This document shows, in pieces, positions 27,301-35,842 of a stretch of 64,000 nucleotides of DNA (the first letter of the stretch is position 1; each line of letters opens with the position of its first letter). Location of the stretch: contig VGWX01000002.1 of assembly GCA_016873615.1 (NCBI GenBank), forward strand, positions 5,101 to 69,100, written 5' to 3'. A program made the translations under genes and the position numbers. The notes under the pieces were generated by a model. It made no database searches, was not told the origin of the DNA, and worked only from the letters and a program-made list of their open reading frames with translations. This DNA is from Nitrospira sp. Lineage in GTDB: Bacteria > Nitrospirota > Thermodesulfovibrionia > Thermodesulfovibrionales > SM23-35.

Positions 27301-29993
27301 ACAAGGGCTTTAATCCGCAAGGCGTAGAAGAAAAGTGGTATCAATTCTGGGTCTCCAAGGGGTATTTCCCTCCGTCCCTTAACCGCAAAGGTTCTGCCTA
27401 TTCCCTTGTAATACCACCTCCAAACGTAACAGGTTCCCTGCATATGGGCCATGCGCTGAACACCGTCATACAGGATATCCTTTCCCGATGGAAGCGCATG
27501 TCAGGATATAAAGTTCTGTGGCTGCCTGGCACTGATCACGCAGGCATCGCAACACAAAATGTAGTCGAGAAACAGCTTGCATCTGAAGGACTGGACAGGC
27601 ATAAACTCGGCCGCAATGCTTTTATTGAGCGTGTCTGGAAATGGAAGGCTGAATCCGGAGGAACGATCATCCATCAACTGAAAAAGCTCGGCGCTTCATG
27701 TGACTGGTCAAGAGAGAGGTTTACCCTTGATGAAGGACTCTCAAAAGCAGTAAGAGAAGTCTTTGTAAGGCTTTATGAACAGGGATTGATATACAGGGAC
27801 AACAGGCTTATAAACTGGTGTCCCCGCTGTCACACAGCGCTTTCAGACCTCGAGGTCGAGCACAAAGAACTGGAAGGGAAACTGACATACATTAAATATC
27901 CGCTTTCCGATGGTAGTAGCAGATACATAACTGTTGCAACAACAAGGCCGGAGACAATGCTCGGTGATACTGCTGTGGCAGTAAACCCTGAAGATGAGAG
28001 ATATAAGAAATTCATCGGAAAGTTTGTAGATCTTCCTCTTACGCAAAGACAGATCCCTGTAATCTCTGATACCGCAGTTGATCAGGCCTTTGGAACAGGC
28101 GCTGTAAAAGTGACGCCTGCACATGATTTCAACGATGAATCAATGGCAAAAAGACAGAAAACACCGTTGCCGTTTATAACAGTGATCGGAGATGACGGCC
28201 GTATGACGGCTGATGCAGGGGAAAGATATGCCGGTCTCGATAGATATGAATGCAGGAAGCTCGTTCTCAGGGACTTAAAGGGAATGAACTTTATTGAAAA
28301 AGAAGAACCGCATAAATATGCAATTGGACACTGTTACCGGTGCAAGACGATTACTGAACCGCTATCAACACCGCAGTGGTATGTGAATGTGCAGTCCATG
28401 GCCAAAGACGCTATCAAGGCAGTCAAAGAGGAGAGGATAAGGATCATACCGAAGACATGGGAAAATACCTATTTTGCCTGGATGGAGGATATCAAAGACT
28501 GGTGCATATCCCGCCAGATATGGTGGGGACACAGGATACCAGTCTGGTACTGCCAGAAAATGCAGAGCGATAAATGCAAGGCCCAAAACGGAATAATAGT
28601 CTCAAGGGTTGAACCGCACGCCTGTCCTTATTGCAGTTCAGGAGAATTAGCGCAGGATGAGGATGTTCTTGATACATGGTTCTCATCTTCTTTATGGCCC
28701 TTTTCTACTCTCGGATGGCCTGATAATGCCGATGATCTGAAGACGTTTTATCCCACAAGCGTTCTTGTTACCGGTTTTGACATAATCTTCTTCTGGGTAG
28801 CGAGGATGATAATGATGGGCCTTAAATTTATGGAAGACGTTCCCTTCAGGGATGTATACATTCACGCCCTTGTCAGGGATATAAGAGGGCAGAAGATGTC
28901 AAAGTCTAAAGGTAACGTTGTTGATCCTCTGATAATGATAGACAGATACGGCGCTGATGCCTTCAGGTTTACCCTTGCTGCATTTGCTGCACAGGGCAGG
29001 GACGTTAAATTCTCTGAGGACAGGGTTGAAGGCTACAGGCATTTTGTGAACAAGCTCTGGAACGCAGCACGGTTCATTATGATGAATGCCGAAGGGGCTT
29101 CGCCAGATAATAATCGTACATTATCACTGCCGACAAGGTGGATATTGAGCAGGCTTTCAGCTACTGTTGAAGACATGAATAAAGCGCTCGAAGAATACAG
29201 GTTCAACGATGCGGCAAGCAGTATATATCAGTTTATATGGCATGAATTCTGTGACTGGCATATCGAAATGGCAAAAATCGAATTCCAGGATACGAAATCG
29301 GCAATCGGGGCAAAGTGGTGCCTCATTTATACTCTTGATATATCCCTCAGGCTTTTGCATCCCTTTATGCCTTATGTAACAGAGGAAATATGGCAGAAAA
29401 TCAAAGCGTCTTTAGAGACCATACACTCAAAACCTGATATAAAAGAGAGCATCATGAACTCTGATTATCCGGAATCATTGCCGAGGGAACCTGAGGCAGA
29501 AGAAGATATGTCGGTTATTTTAGATGCAGTCATGGGGATAAGGACCGTTAGGGGCGAACTGAATATCTCTCCGTCTCTTAAAGTGAATGCAGCAATAAAA
29601 ACCTATTCCCGGAAGTCAGAAAAGATATTGAAGGACAATCTGCACTATATCAAAGCCCTTGCAAAGGCCGATGAGATAAAGACAGGCATGGATATTGAGA
29701 AACCTGAAGGTTCCGCAACCTCAGTAAAAGGTTCGATGGAGATCTTTGTTCCGCTAAAAGGGCTCTTGAATATTGCTGCAGAACTCGATAGACTTATGAA
29801 AGATATGGCAAAGGTTAAATTGAGTATAGCTTCTCTGAACAAGAAACTGTTTAATGACGATTTCCTCCAGAGAGCGCCAAAGGAAATTATTGAAAAAGAA
29901 AAGGCAAAATATGAAAAACTGATCCATATGAGAGAGAGGATCACAGAAAGCATTAAAATGTTAAAAGAAGCGGAGGTGAATGATAATGCATAA
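27294..29993 (+). CDS. valS: valine--tRNA ligase
   Basis: HMGH (HIGH) and KMSKS motifs, editing domain, C-terminal coiled coil. The first ATG (27444) lies inside the HIGH motif. The conserved N-terminus ([13 protein letters not shown]...[10 protein letters not shown]) is open upstream to 27270, so I place the start at ATT 27294 (see findings). Confidence 0.9.
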   Translation: [899 protein letters not shown]

Positions 29994-30471
29994 GAAAGCG
30001 AAGGAACTCGAAAAGGAAAATATCGAATTCATTGAGGGCGAATTTATCAATATTAAACAGAGCACTATAAGTTCTGTTGAAGGAGGCCATATTGAACTCC
30101 AGCAGGTGGGAGCGCTCAGCATAGACGGTGACAGAATCGAAGTTACACAGGGCGCCGCCGGTATCCTTAAAGGAAATGATATAAACCTGAATCAGTGCAT
30201 CAGCGCCGTATCCGCTGCTGATAATATATCATTAAACTTTTCTTTCTCTCCCCTGACCATCTCAAGGGAACAGATAACAGCGAACAGATCAGCTGTCGGC
30301 CTTATGGCAGCAAGAGAGATCGCATCAGAGAATACTTCGGCATTCCTTGTACTTTCGAATAAGATCGAAGGAAATATAACAACACTTCTTGACTGGCGCT
30401 CAGCTCTTGCATTAGGCGCTGTTATGGGAGGAATTCTGGGTTTTACTTCCTTATTGCTTAAAAGGAAATAA
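29980..30471 (+). CDS. hypothetical C-terminally membrane-anchored protein
   Basis: 163 aa. Beta-rich repetitive body and C-terminal TM LALGAVMGGILGFTSLLL. 14-nt overlap with the valS end. Confidence 0.45.
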   Translation: MIMHKKAKELEKENIEFIEGEFINIKQSTISSVEGGHIELQQVGALSIDGDRIEVTQGAAGILKGNDINLNQCISAVSAADNISLNFSFSPLTISREQITANRSAVGLMAAREIASENTSAFLVLSNKIEGNITTLLDWRSALALGAVMGGILGFTSLLLKRK

Positions 30472-30472
30472 T

Positions 30473-31306
30473 ATGGAGATCCCTTCAAGTGTCATCAATC
30501 TGATCCATCGCGCACTTGAAGAAGACATAGGCCCTGGAGATATTACAACCTCCCTCGTGATACCCGGGGAGCATGAATCAAAGGCAGCGTATTTATCCAA
30601 GGGAAATTTTGTCCTGGCTGGACTGCCTTTTGCAAAAGAGGTTTTCCGGATACTTACCCCTTCAGTTGGCTTCAGAATCTTTTTCAATGATGGTGATAAA
30701 GTGAACGCGGCAGATGTCATTGCCGAGGTTTACGGCAACACCCGTTTTATCCTTAAAGGAGAAAGGGTAAGTCTTAATATTCTTCAAAGACTTTCAGGCA
30801 TAGCCACCCTCACGAACATGTTCACAGAAAAGGTTAAAGGCCTCAATGTGAAGATAGTCGATACAAGAAAGACAACTCCCTGTCATAGGTTTATGGAAAA
30901 ATATGCAGTAAGAACAGGCGGCGGCTATAACCACAGATTCGGACTGTTTGATGGCATCCTGATAAAGGACAATCATATAAAAGCTGTGGGGAATATAAGA
31001 GAAGCTGTTCAGCGTGCAAAAAACAGTCATCATCTCACAAAAATTGAAGTGGAGGTCCGGAATCTTGATGAACTTAATGAAGCCATCGAAGCCGGGGCAG
31101 ATGTTGTAATGCTCGATAATATGACGATCTCTGATATGAAAGAGGCGGTAAGGATATCAAAAAGCAGGGTTCTGCTTGAGGCCTCAGGCAGCGTCAATCT
31201 TGAAAATGTCAGAGATATTGCTGAAACAGGCGTTGATTTAATCTCAATCGGAGCGCTTACTCATTCAGCGCCGTCAGTTGATATCTCCTTGAAAATAGTG
31301 CTATAG
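30473..31306 (+). CDS. nadC: nicotinate-nucleotide pyrophosphorylase (carboxylating)
   Basis: 277 aa. GPGDITT, ERVSLNILQRLSGIAT, TRKTTP, IKDNHI, MLDNM. Confidence 0.9.
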   Translation: MEIPSSVINLIHRALEEDIGPGDITTSLVIPGEHESKAAYLSKGNFVLAGLPFAKEVFRILTPSVGFRIFFNDGDKVNAADVIAEVYGNTRFILKGERVSLNILQRLSGIATLTNMFTEKVKGLNVKIVDTRKTTPCHRFMEKYAVRTGGGYNHRFGLFDGILIKDNHIKAVGNIREAVQRAKNSHHLTKIEVEVRNLDELNEAIEAGADVVMLDNMTISDMKEAVRISKSRVLLEASGSVNLENVRDIAETGVDLISIGALTHSAPSVDISLKIVL

Positions 31307-31340
31307 TTTGATATATATATGAACATAAGGAGGTAATTTA

Positions 31341-31523
31341 ATGAACCTTAAAGATATTAGAGATATGGCAAAATCACAAGGTATAAAAGTCGGCAATATG
31401 AAGAAAGAAAATATTATCAGATCTATCCAGCGCGCTGAAGGCAACTTTGACTGTTTCGGCTCTGCAATAACAGGTGAATGTAACCAAATGAACTGCATCT
31501 GGCGTGGAGACTGTCTGAAATAA
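31341..31523 (+). CDS. small SAP/Rho-N-like protein with Cys-rich tail
   Basis: 60 aa. MNLKDIRDMAKSQGIKVGNMKKENIIRSIQ helix-extended-helix, then CFGSAITGECNQMNCIWRGDC. AGGAGG-like RBS (AAGGAGGT) upstream. Confidence 0.55.
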   Translation: MNLKDIRDMAKSQGIKVGNMKKENIIRSIQRAEGNFDCFGSAITGECNQMNCIWRGDCLK

Positions 31524-31536
31524 GCCGTCTTTCAGG

Positions 31537-31629
31537 CTAAACTTCTAATTCCTTATCCTCAAAGACTTCCACACGATTCCGTCCCTGATTCTTGGCCTTA
31601 TAGAGAGCGCTGTCCGCTTCACTGAAGGG
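31537..31629 (-). pseudogene. C-terminal remnant of a GGDEF diguanylate cyclase
   Basis: Minus-strand translation PFSEADSALYKAKNQGRNRVEVFEDKELEV* is the canonical GGDEF C-terminus (AD.ALY.AK..GRNRV). In-frame TGA immediately upstream; no rest of the domain. Confidence 0.7.
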
Positions 31630-31646
31630 TCACGATCTGGATGCTG

Positions 31647-32891
31647 TTACAAAACTTTAGGTGAAGCGCTGCGGAGGAACAGGGAACCGACTGCGCCTAA
31701 CAGGGCCACGCCAGCGGCAAGCAACAGCGCAGGTGATAAAGAATGGCCGGCATCCGCTATAATTCCGGCAACACTTGGACCCGCAGCCTGGCCAATACCA
31801 AAGAAAAGCGTGACAAAGCCAAGTCCGGCAGGCGCAAGTCTTGGGCCGAGCAGATCTCCGCACGTTGCAGCCATAATTGCAGGGATACTCCATGCTGAGA
31901 GGCCGAAAAGTACAGCAGAAATTATGAATCCGGTCGAAAACGGCCAGAGCGCAAACAAACCGAAGGCAACCGAATGGATAATGTAGACTATCACAAGAGC
32001 TGTTTTGCGGCCAAGTCTGTCCGAGACCGAACCCCAGATCAGTCCGCACAACAGGCTTAACCATCCCATAAGCATGAACAGTCTGCCGGCAGACTCCTGT
32101 GTATATCCACCCTCAGCTATCAGGTATTTTGTAAAGAAAGTCATATAGATGATGTATGAAAATCCATAAGCAACATAAATCAGACCCAAATGCCATACAA
32201 CACCGGACCGATAGACCCTTCCCCAGTTTAATTCTCTCACTTTCGCAGTAATAGTTGTGCTTTCTCCTGCAGCGCCTATTGGAAGAAGTCCGAGTTCCGA
32301 AGGACAATTGCGCAGAATCGTAAAGGCAAGAACCGCCAACCCTAAGGTTATGCCTGCAAACAAAAACCAGCAGATGCGCCAACCGTTCCATCCGTAAGCG
32401 GAAAGCACATGGGGCACAAGAAATCCCAGGACAATCAGCGCTAACGAAGAGCCTGTCACGCCAATCCCTGCAGCCATACCACGGCGACGCTGAACAAACC
32501 ATGCGGCAAGCAGTCCCATGGCTGGAACATTGCTGGCGCCGCTGCCGATACCGGTAACGACCCTCCAGACTGCAGCACTGGCAAAGCTGTTTGCAAGCCC
32601 CGTCATCAGCATGCCCGCAGCCGCCACTGTAAGACCGACCGTGATGACGACCCGCGGACCATATCGTGCTGCAAGGGCCCCTCCCAGAACAGACAGCGCC
32701 AGATATCCAATAAGATTGGCTGTGGCAAGGACACCGGCTTGGGTGTTGCTGAGTCCCAGACCCTGCTGCATAGCGGGCAGCGCCATCGTATAGCCGAACC
32801 GTGCCAATCCCAGAGCGCCAAAGACAACAAGAGTCCCTGCTGCAAGGATAAGCCATGCATAGTGAAAATGTGATGGTTTTATGGGTTTCAA
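31647..32891 (-). CDS. MFS transporter, compositionally foreign (GC-rich)
   Basis: 414 aa, 12 TM-like segments. This is the only place in the window where long shadow ORFs appear in several other frames (31657-32064, 32113-32856, 32518-32793, 32606-32860). That is the hallmark of much higher GC. Confidence 0.85.
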   Translation of the reverse strand: MKPIKPSHFHYAWLILAAGTLVVFGALGLARFGYTMALPAMQQGLGLSNTQAGVLATANLIGYLALSVLGGALAARYGPRVVITVGLTVAAAGMLMTGLANSFASAAVWRVVTGIGSGASNVPAMGLLAAWFVQRRRGMAAGIGVTGSSLALIVLGFLVPHVLSAYGWNGWRICWFLFAGITLGLAVLAFTILRNCPSELGLLPIGAAGESTTITAKVRELNWGRVYRSGVVWHLGLIYVAYGFSYIIYMTFFTKYLIAEGGYTQESAGRLFMLMGWLSLLCGLIWGSVSDRLGRKTALVIVYIIHSVAFGLFALWPFSTGFIISAVLFGLSAWSIPAIMAATCGDLLGPRLAPAGLGFVTLFFGIGQAAGPSVAGIIADAGHSLSPALLLAAGVALLGAVGSLFLRSASPKVL

Positions 32892-32907
32892 TGAATTGTC
32901 ACCAGCA

Positions 32908-33927
32908 TTAAAGGCATCTGCCAGATACCTCTGAAAATAATCTCAATTTCTCCATCATTGTGTTGAATTTATTTGGCTTGAGCGATTGCGGACCATCAGA
33001 AGAAGCATGCTCCGGGTCAGGATGCACCTCAACTATCAGCCCATCTGCGCCGGCAGCAATCGCAGCAAAGGCCATTGGAGCTACATACAGATAATTTCCT
33101 GTGGCATGCGATGGGTCTACTACAACCGGCAGATGGGTTTTCTGCTTTAATACCGGAATAGCTGAAAGATCAAGAGTATTGCGGGTTGCGGTCTCAAAGG
33201 TTCGTATGCCGCGCTCACAAAGGATTACTGATTGGTTTCCTTCACTCAGTATATATTCAGCGCTCATGAGCAGTTCCTGAATAGTCATGGACATTCCCCG
33301 TTTTAACAGTACCGGTTTCTTCAGCTGGCCAAGCTTTTTCAGGAGCTCGAAGTTCTGGGCATTTCTTGTTCCAATCTGAAGAATATCCGCATATTCTGCA
33401 ACAAGCTCAGCGGTTTCAGGATTGACAACTTCAGTAATAATCGGCAATCCCGTTGCTTCCCTGGCCTTTGCAAGAAGTTTTAAGCCTTCCTCTTTCATGC
33501 CCTGAAAAGAATATGGAGATGTCCTCGGTTTAAAAGCCCCTCCTCGTAATACTTTTGCACCCGCTTCTTTCACCGCAGCCGCCGCCTCCATAATCTGCTC
33601 CTCGCTTTCGACTGCACATGGTCCTGCAATAACAATGATATCTTTATCACCGATACTCACATTATCACTTATTTTTATGATGCTCGTCTCTTTTTTGACT
33701 TCTCTTGATGCAAGTTTGTAGGGTTTGAGTATAGGCACTACACTTTCAACCCCCTGCATAAATTCGATTGACTGAAGAATCACCTTTCCCCTCTCGTCCC
33801 CGACCGCGCCTATCACATCTCTTGTTGTCCCATGAATAATATGAGGCTTATATCCGAATTCCTTAATTTTCTTAACCACCTCATCCCTCTCACGCTTTGT
33901 TGCCCCTGCCTTCATTACAATGATCAT
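32908..33927 (-). CDS. aroF: 3-deoxy-7-phosphoheptulonate (DAHP) synthase, type I-beta with N-terminal regulatory domain
   Basis: [26 protein letters not shown] ferredoxin-like N-domain, then the KDO8P/DAHP core ([33 protein letters not shown]). Start at 33927 behind AGGAG; the ORF opens at 33960. Confidence 0.88.
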   Translation of the reverse strand: MIIVMKAGATKRERDEVVKKIKEFGYKPHIIHGTTRDVIGAVGDERGKVILQSIEFMQGVESVVPILKPYKLASREVKKETSIIKISDNVSIGDKDIIVIAGPCAVESEEQIMEAAAAVKEAGAKVLRGGAFKPRTSPYSFQGMKEEGLKLLAKAREATGLPIITEVVNPETAELVAEYADILQIGTRNAQNFELLKKLGQLKKPVLLKRGMSMTIQELLMSAEYILSEGNQSVILCERGIRTFETATRNTLDLSAIPVLKQKTHLPVVVDPSHATGNYLYVAPMAFAAIAAGADGLIVEVHPDPEHASSDGPQSLKPNKFNTMMEKLRLFSEVSGRCL

Positions 33928-33957
33928 TATGACATCTCCTTTCCTCTGCCCGGAAAC

Positions 33958-33988
33958 CAAAAAGGCCGGAGAGTTTTCCCCGGCCTTA
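33958..33988 (-). terminator. intrinsic terminator immediately upstream of aroF (attenuator terminator)
   Basis: Minus-strand AAGGCCGGGG-AAAACT-CTCCGGCCTT (10-bp stem, one G-U) followed by TTTTGGTTT. It ends about 30 nt before the aroF start codon. Confidence 0.7.
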
Positions 33989-34095
33989 ATCTTTTTTATA
34001 AAATAAAAATAGCCGGGGTTGCCTTCCGTCTACCCTCGGCTCCTGGTTGATCTTTTGTGTTAGTTCTGTCTATCTCTCACAATCAACCCTTACCT

Positions 34096-34167
34096 CAGGC
34101 AGACGGCCTAAAGTAAAAGCCGTACCAGAAGTAAAAGCTAAAATATGAGAAACAGATATTATGCATG
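34096..34167 (-). CDS. aromatic-rich leader peptide MHNICFSYFSFYFWYGFYFRPSA
   Basis: 23 codons + TGA, checked codon by codon. 11 of 14 core residues are F/Y/W (6 F, 4 Y, 1 W). Lies between a putative promoter and the aroF terminator hairpin. No obvious SD sequence. Confidence 0.55.
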
Positions 34168-34171
34168 TATA

Positions 34172-34202
34172 TTTTTAACAGATCAGACGAATGAATGTCA
34201 AG
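34172..34202 (-). promoter_or_regulatory. possible sigma70-type promoter for the aroF leader
   Basis: Minus strand TTGACA (34202-34197), 18 nt spacer, TAAAAA(T). The predicted start would fall at or next to the leader ATG (leaderless-like), which weakens or complicates the call. Confidence 0.3.
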
Positions 34203-34219
34203 AAATTACCCGTCCCCGA

Positions 34220-34282
34220 AAAATGCAGAGGGATGGGATAGCCCTCTTTATAACCTGAGAGCTATCAACATCCCTCCTGTGC
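34220..34282 (-). terminator. intrinsic terminator of the porin gene
   Basis: Minus strand CAGGAGGGATG...CATCCCTCTG long imperfect hairpin with an inner ATAGCTCTC/AGAGGGCTAT pairing, followed by CATTTTT. About 25 nt after the porin stop. Confidence 0.55.
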
Positions 34283-34307
34283 AAATATTATTATTTAGAC
34301 TATTGTC

Positions 34308-35744
34308 TTAAATTTTAAACTGGAGCTGCCACCTTAAGAATTGTCCGTTTTTTGCATTGTCAGCATAAAAATCACCTGGGATAAAGTATTCATACTGGAA
34401 AAACGCATCGATATTTTTCGAGAATTTGTGGCTGAGCAATAACGTCGGGAGATGTCCTTTCTCTTTGCCATCGCTGAACATTGCGCTTTGCCCGGCCAGA
34501 GGATTTGCTTTCTCGTTTGACCTGAGATACTGATACGAGAGAGATAACTTAGTATCCGGCGTTAATTCCATACTTACTTTTGCCATATATAACTGGAGAT
34601 TTGTCCAGTAACCTGGAATCGCGTAACCTTCTTTTAAAGTTTCATATATCTGGGTGTAAATAATCAGCTCGTTCCAATATGGATTCCTCGAAAATAAAGG
34701 GTCCCAATTTTCGTTTTTTTCAGAACCAGGATCATCTCCGGACAAACTCACAAAACGAAGCTCAAACTCAGGCTTCAGTTTCATATCAGCAAATTTGCGT
34801 TTCCCAAAGATATACCCTCCATATCCTTCTCTGTCTTGCCCTGAGTATCCTCCACCAGGGGCCTTATTTCCGTCATATTCTCCGAACTGGTAAGCAAATT
34901 CACCGCCCACTGTCCATGGACCGGATGTATATACCGCTCTGGCTCCAATTGTATTCAGATCGAGCTCAGGAGTAGCCGGCCCAATAAGATGTTTTTCTTC
35001 TTTTTTATAAATATAATATGGTTCCACAGTCAGGTTTTCACTGAGTTTATCTCTGCCATAAACGACAAAAGCCTGTTCGTCAGAGGCATTCAGGATCTTT
35101 TTATGTTTGTAATATGTTCCGGCATCTGGAACAGCAGTGCGCCATACCGGCATATATCTATCTCTGAATTGATTGGTGATATAGACAAGATCTACATTGT
35201 GATTCTGGTTTATCCTCCATTTTAGCTTTGCTGCATTAAAGAAGAAAGTCCTTGAACCGTCACCAGGTGTTCCATCACAAATTAAAAATCCCTCGCCATA
35301 CATGTCCGGTCCCAGAAAATCCTGTCTTCCTATTTTCAGGTCAACCGGCAGTCCGAATATATTGTTCGCTTTGATATACAAATTATCAAAGACAAACTCA
35401 TCTTCATCCAGTCTTACGTAATCGTCAATCTTACTCAACGGATCACTTGGTTGCTTATAGGGACCCAGATTATACTTGGCTTCATTGGTAAACTTAAGAT
35501 ATACACCAGTATCCTTATTAAAGTCTGCGCTGCCCCAGAGAGATGTCTTGAAGCGGAAGAAATTTCTGTCGTAATTAGTATTACTTGGGGGCAGTGTTTT
35601 TAAATCCAGCAAATTATCCCATATCTCCTGCCTGATCCTTTCTGAAGCTCCATAATTAAATGTTACTTCAGCAAAAGCAGCTGAAATGAAAAAAACACTC
35701 CCTAACAATACCAGCAATACTACGGCTAAAAATTTTTTCATCAT
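34308..35744 (-). CDS. outer-membrane beta-barrel porin (alginate-export-like)
   Basis: 478 aa. Signal peptide MMKKFLAVVLLVLLGSVFFISAAFA. Alternating aromatic/polar beta-strand pattern throughout, C-terminal WQLQFKI. Confidence 0.6.
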   Translation of the reverse strand: MMKKFLAVVLLVLLGSVFFISAAFAEVTFNYGASERIRQEIWDNLLDLKTLPPSNTNYDRNFFRFKTSLWGSADFNKDTGVYLKFTNEAKYNLGPYKQPSDPLSKIDDYVRLDEDEFVFDNLYIKANNIFGLPVDLKIGRQDFLGPDMYGEGFLICDGTPGDGSRTFFFNAAKLKWRINQNHNVDLVYITNQFRDRYMPVWRTAVPDAGTYYKHKKILNASDEQAFVVYGRDKLSENLTVEPYYIYKKEEKHLIGPATPELDLNTIGARAVYTSGPWTVGGEFAYQFGEYDGNKAPGGGYSGQDREGYGGYIFGKRKFADMKLKPEFELRFVSLSGDDPGSEKNENWDPLFSRNPYWNELIIYTQIYETLKEGYAIPGYWTNLQLYMAKVSMELTPDTKLSLSYQYLRSNEKANPLAGQSAMFSDGKEKGHLPTLLLSHKFSKNIDAFFQYEYFIPGDFYADNAKNGQFLRWQLQFKI

Positions 35745-35842
35745 GTCCCCCTCCTATAGTTTGTAATGATGCAACAGAATACCATAAGTTGTAAATTTTT
35801 TAAACATTTTTCTTTATCCATTTTTCTTTATCCGGATGCCTC

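Larger units (their letters stand above)
33958..34167 (-). promoter_or_regulatory. candidate ribosome-mediated transcription attenuator controlling aroF
   Basis: Leader ORF rich in Phe/Tyr/Trp codons, then a chain of four mutually exclusive helices ending in the terminator. Hand-paired; details in findings. Confidence 0.6.

Noticed and set aside
31657-32860. Several long ORFs in alternative frames (31657-32064, 32113-32856, 32518-32793, 32606-32860)
   Set aside because: These are artefacts of the high GC content of the MFS gene, where stop codons are scarce. Their translations are Arg/Cys/Gly-rich nonsense, while the 414-aa frame has 12 TM-like segments.
33961-34307. T-box or other riboswitch upstream of aroF
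   Set aside because: I found no T-box consensus (AGGGTGGNACCGCG-like) or specifier-loop architecture on the minus strand. The aromatic leader ORF plus alternative helices explains the terminator better. A covariance-model scan is still advisable.
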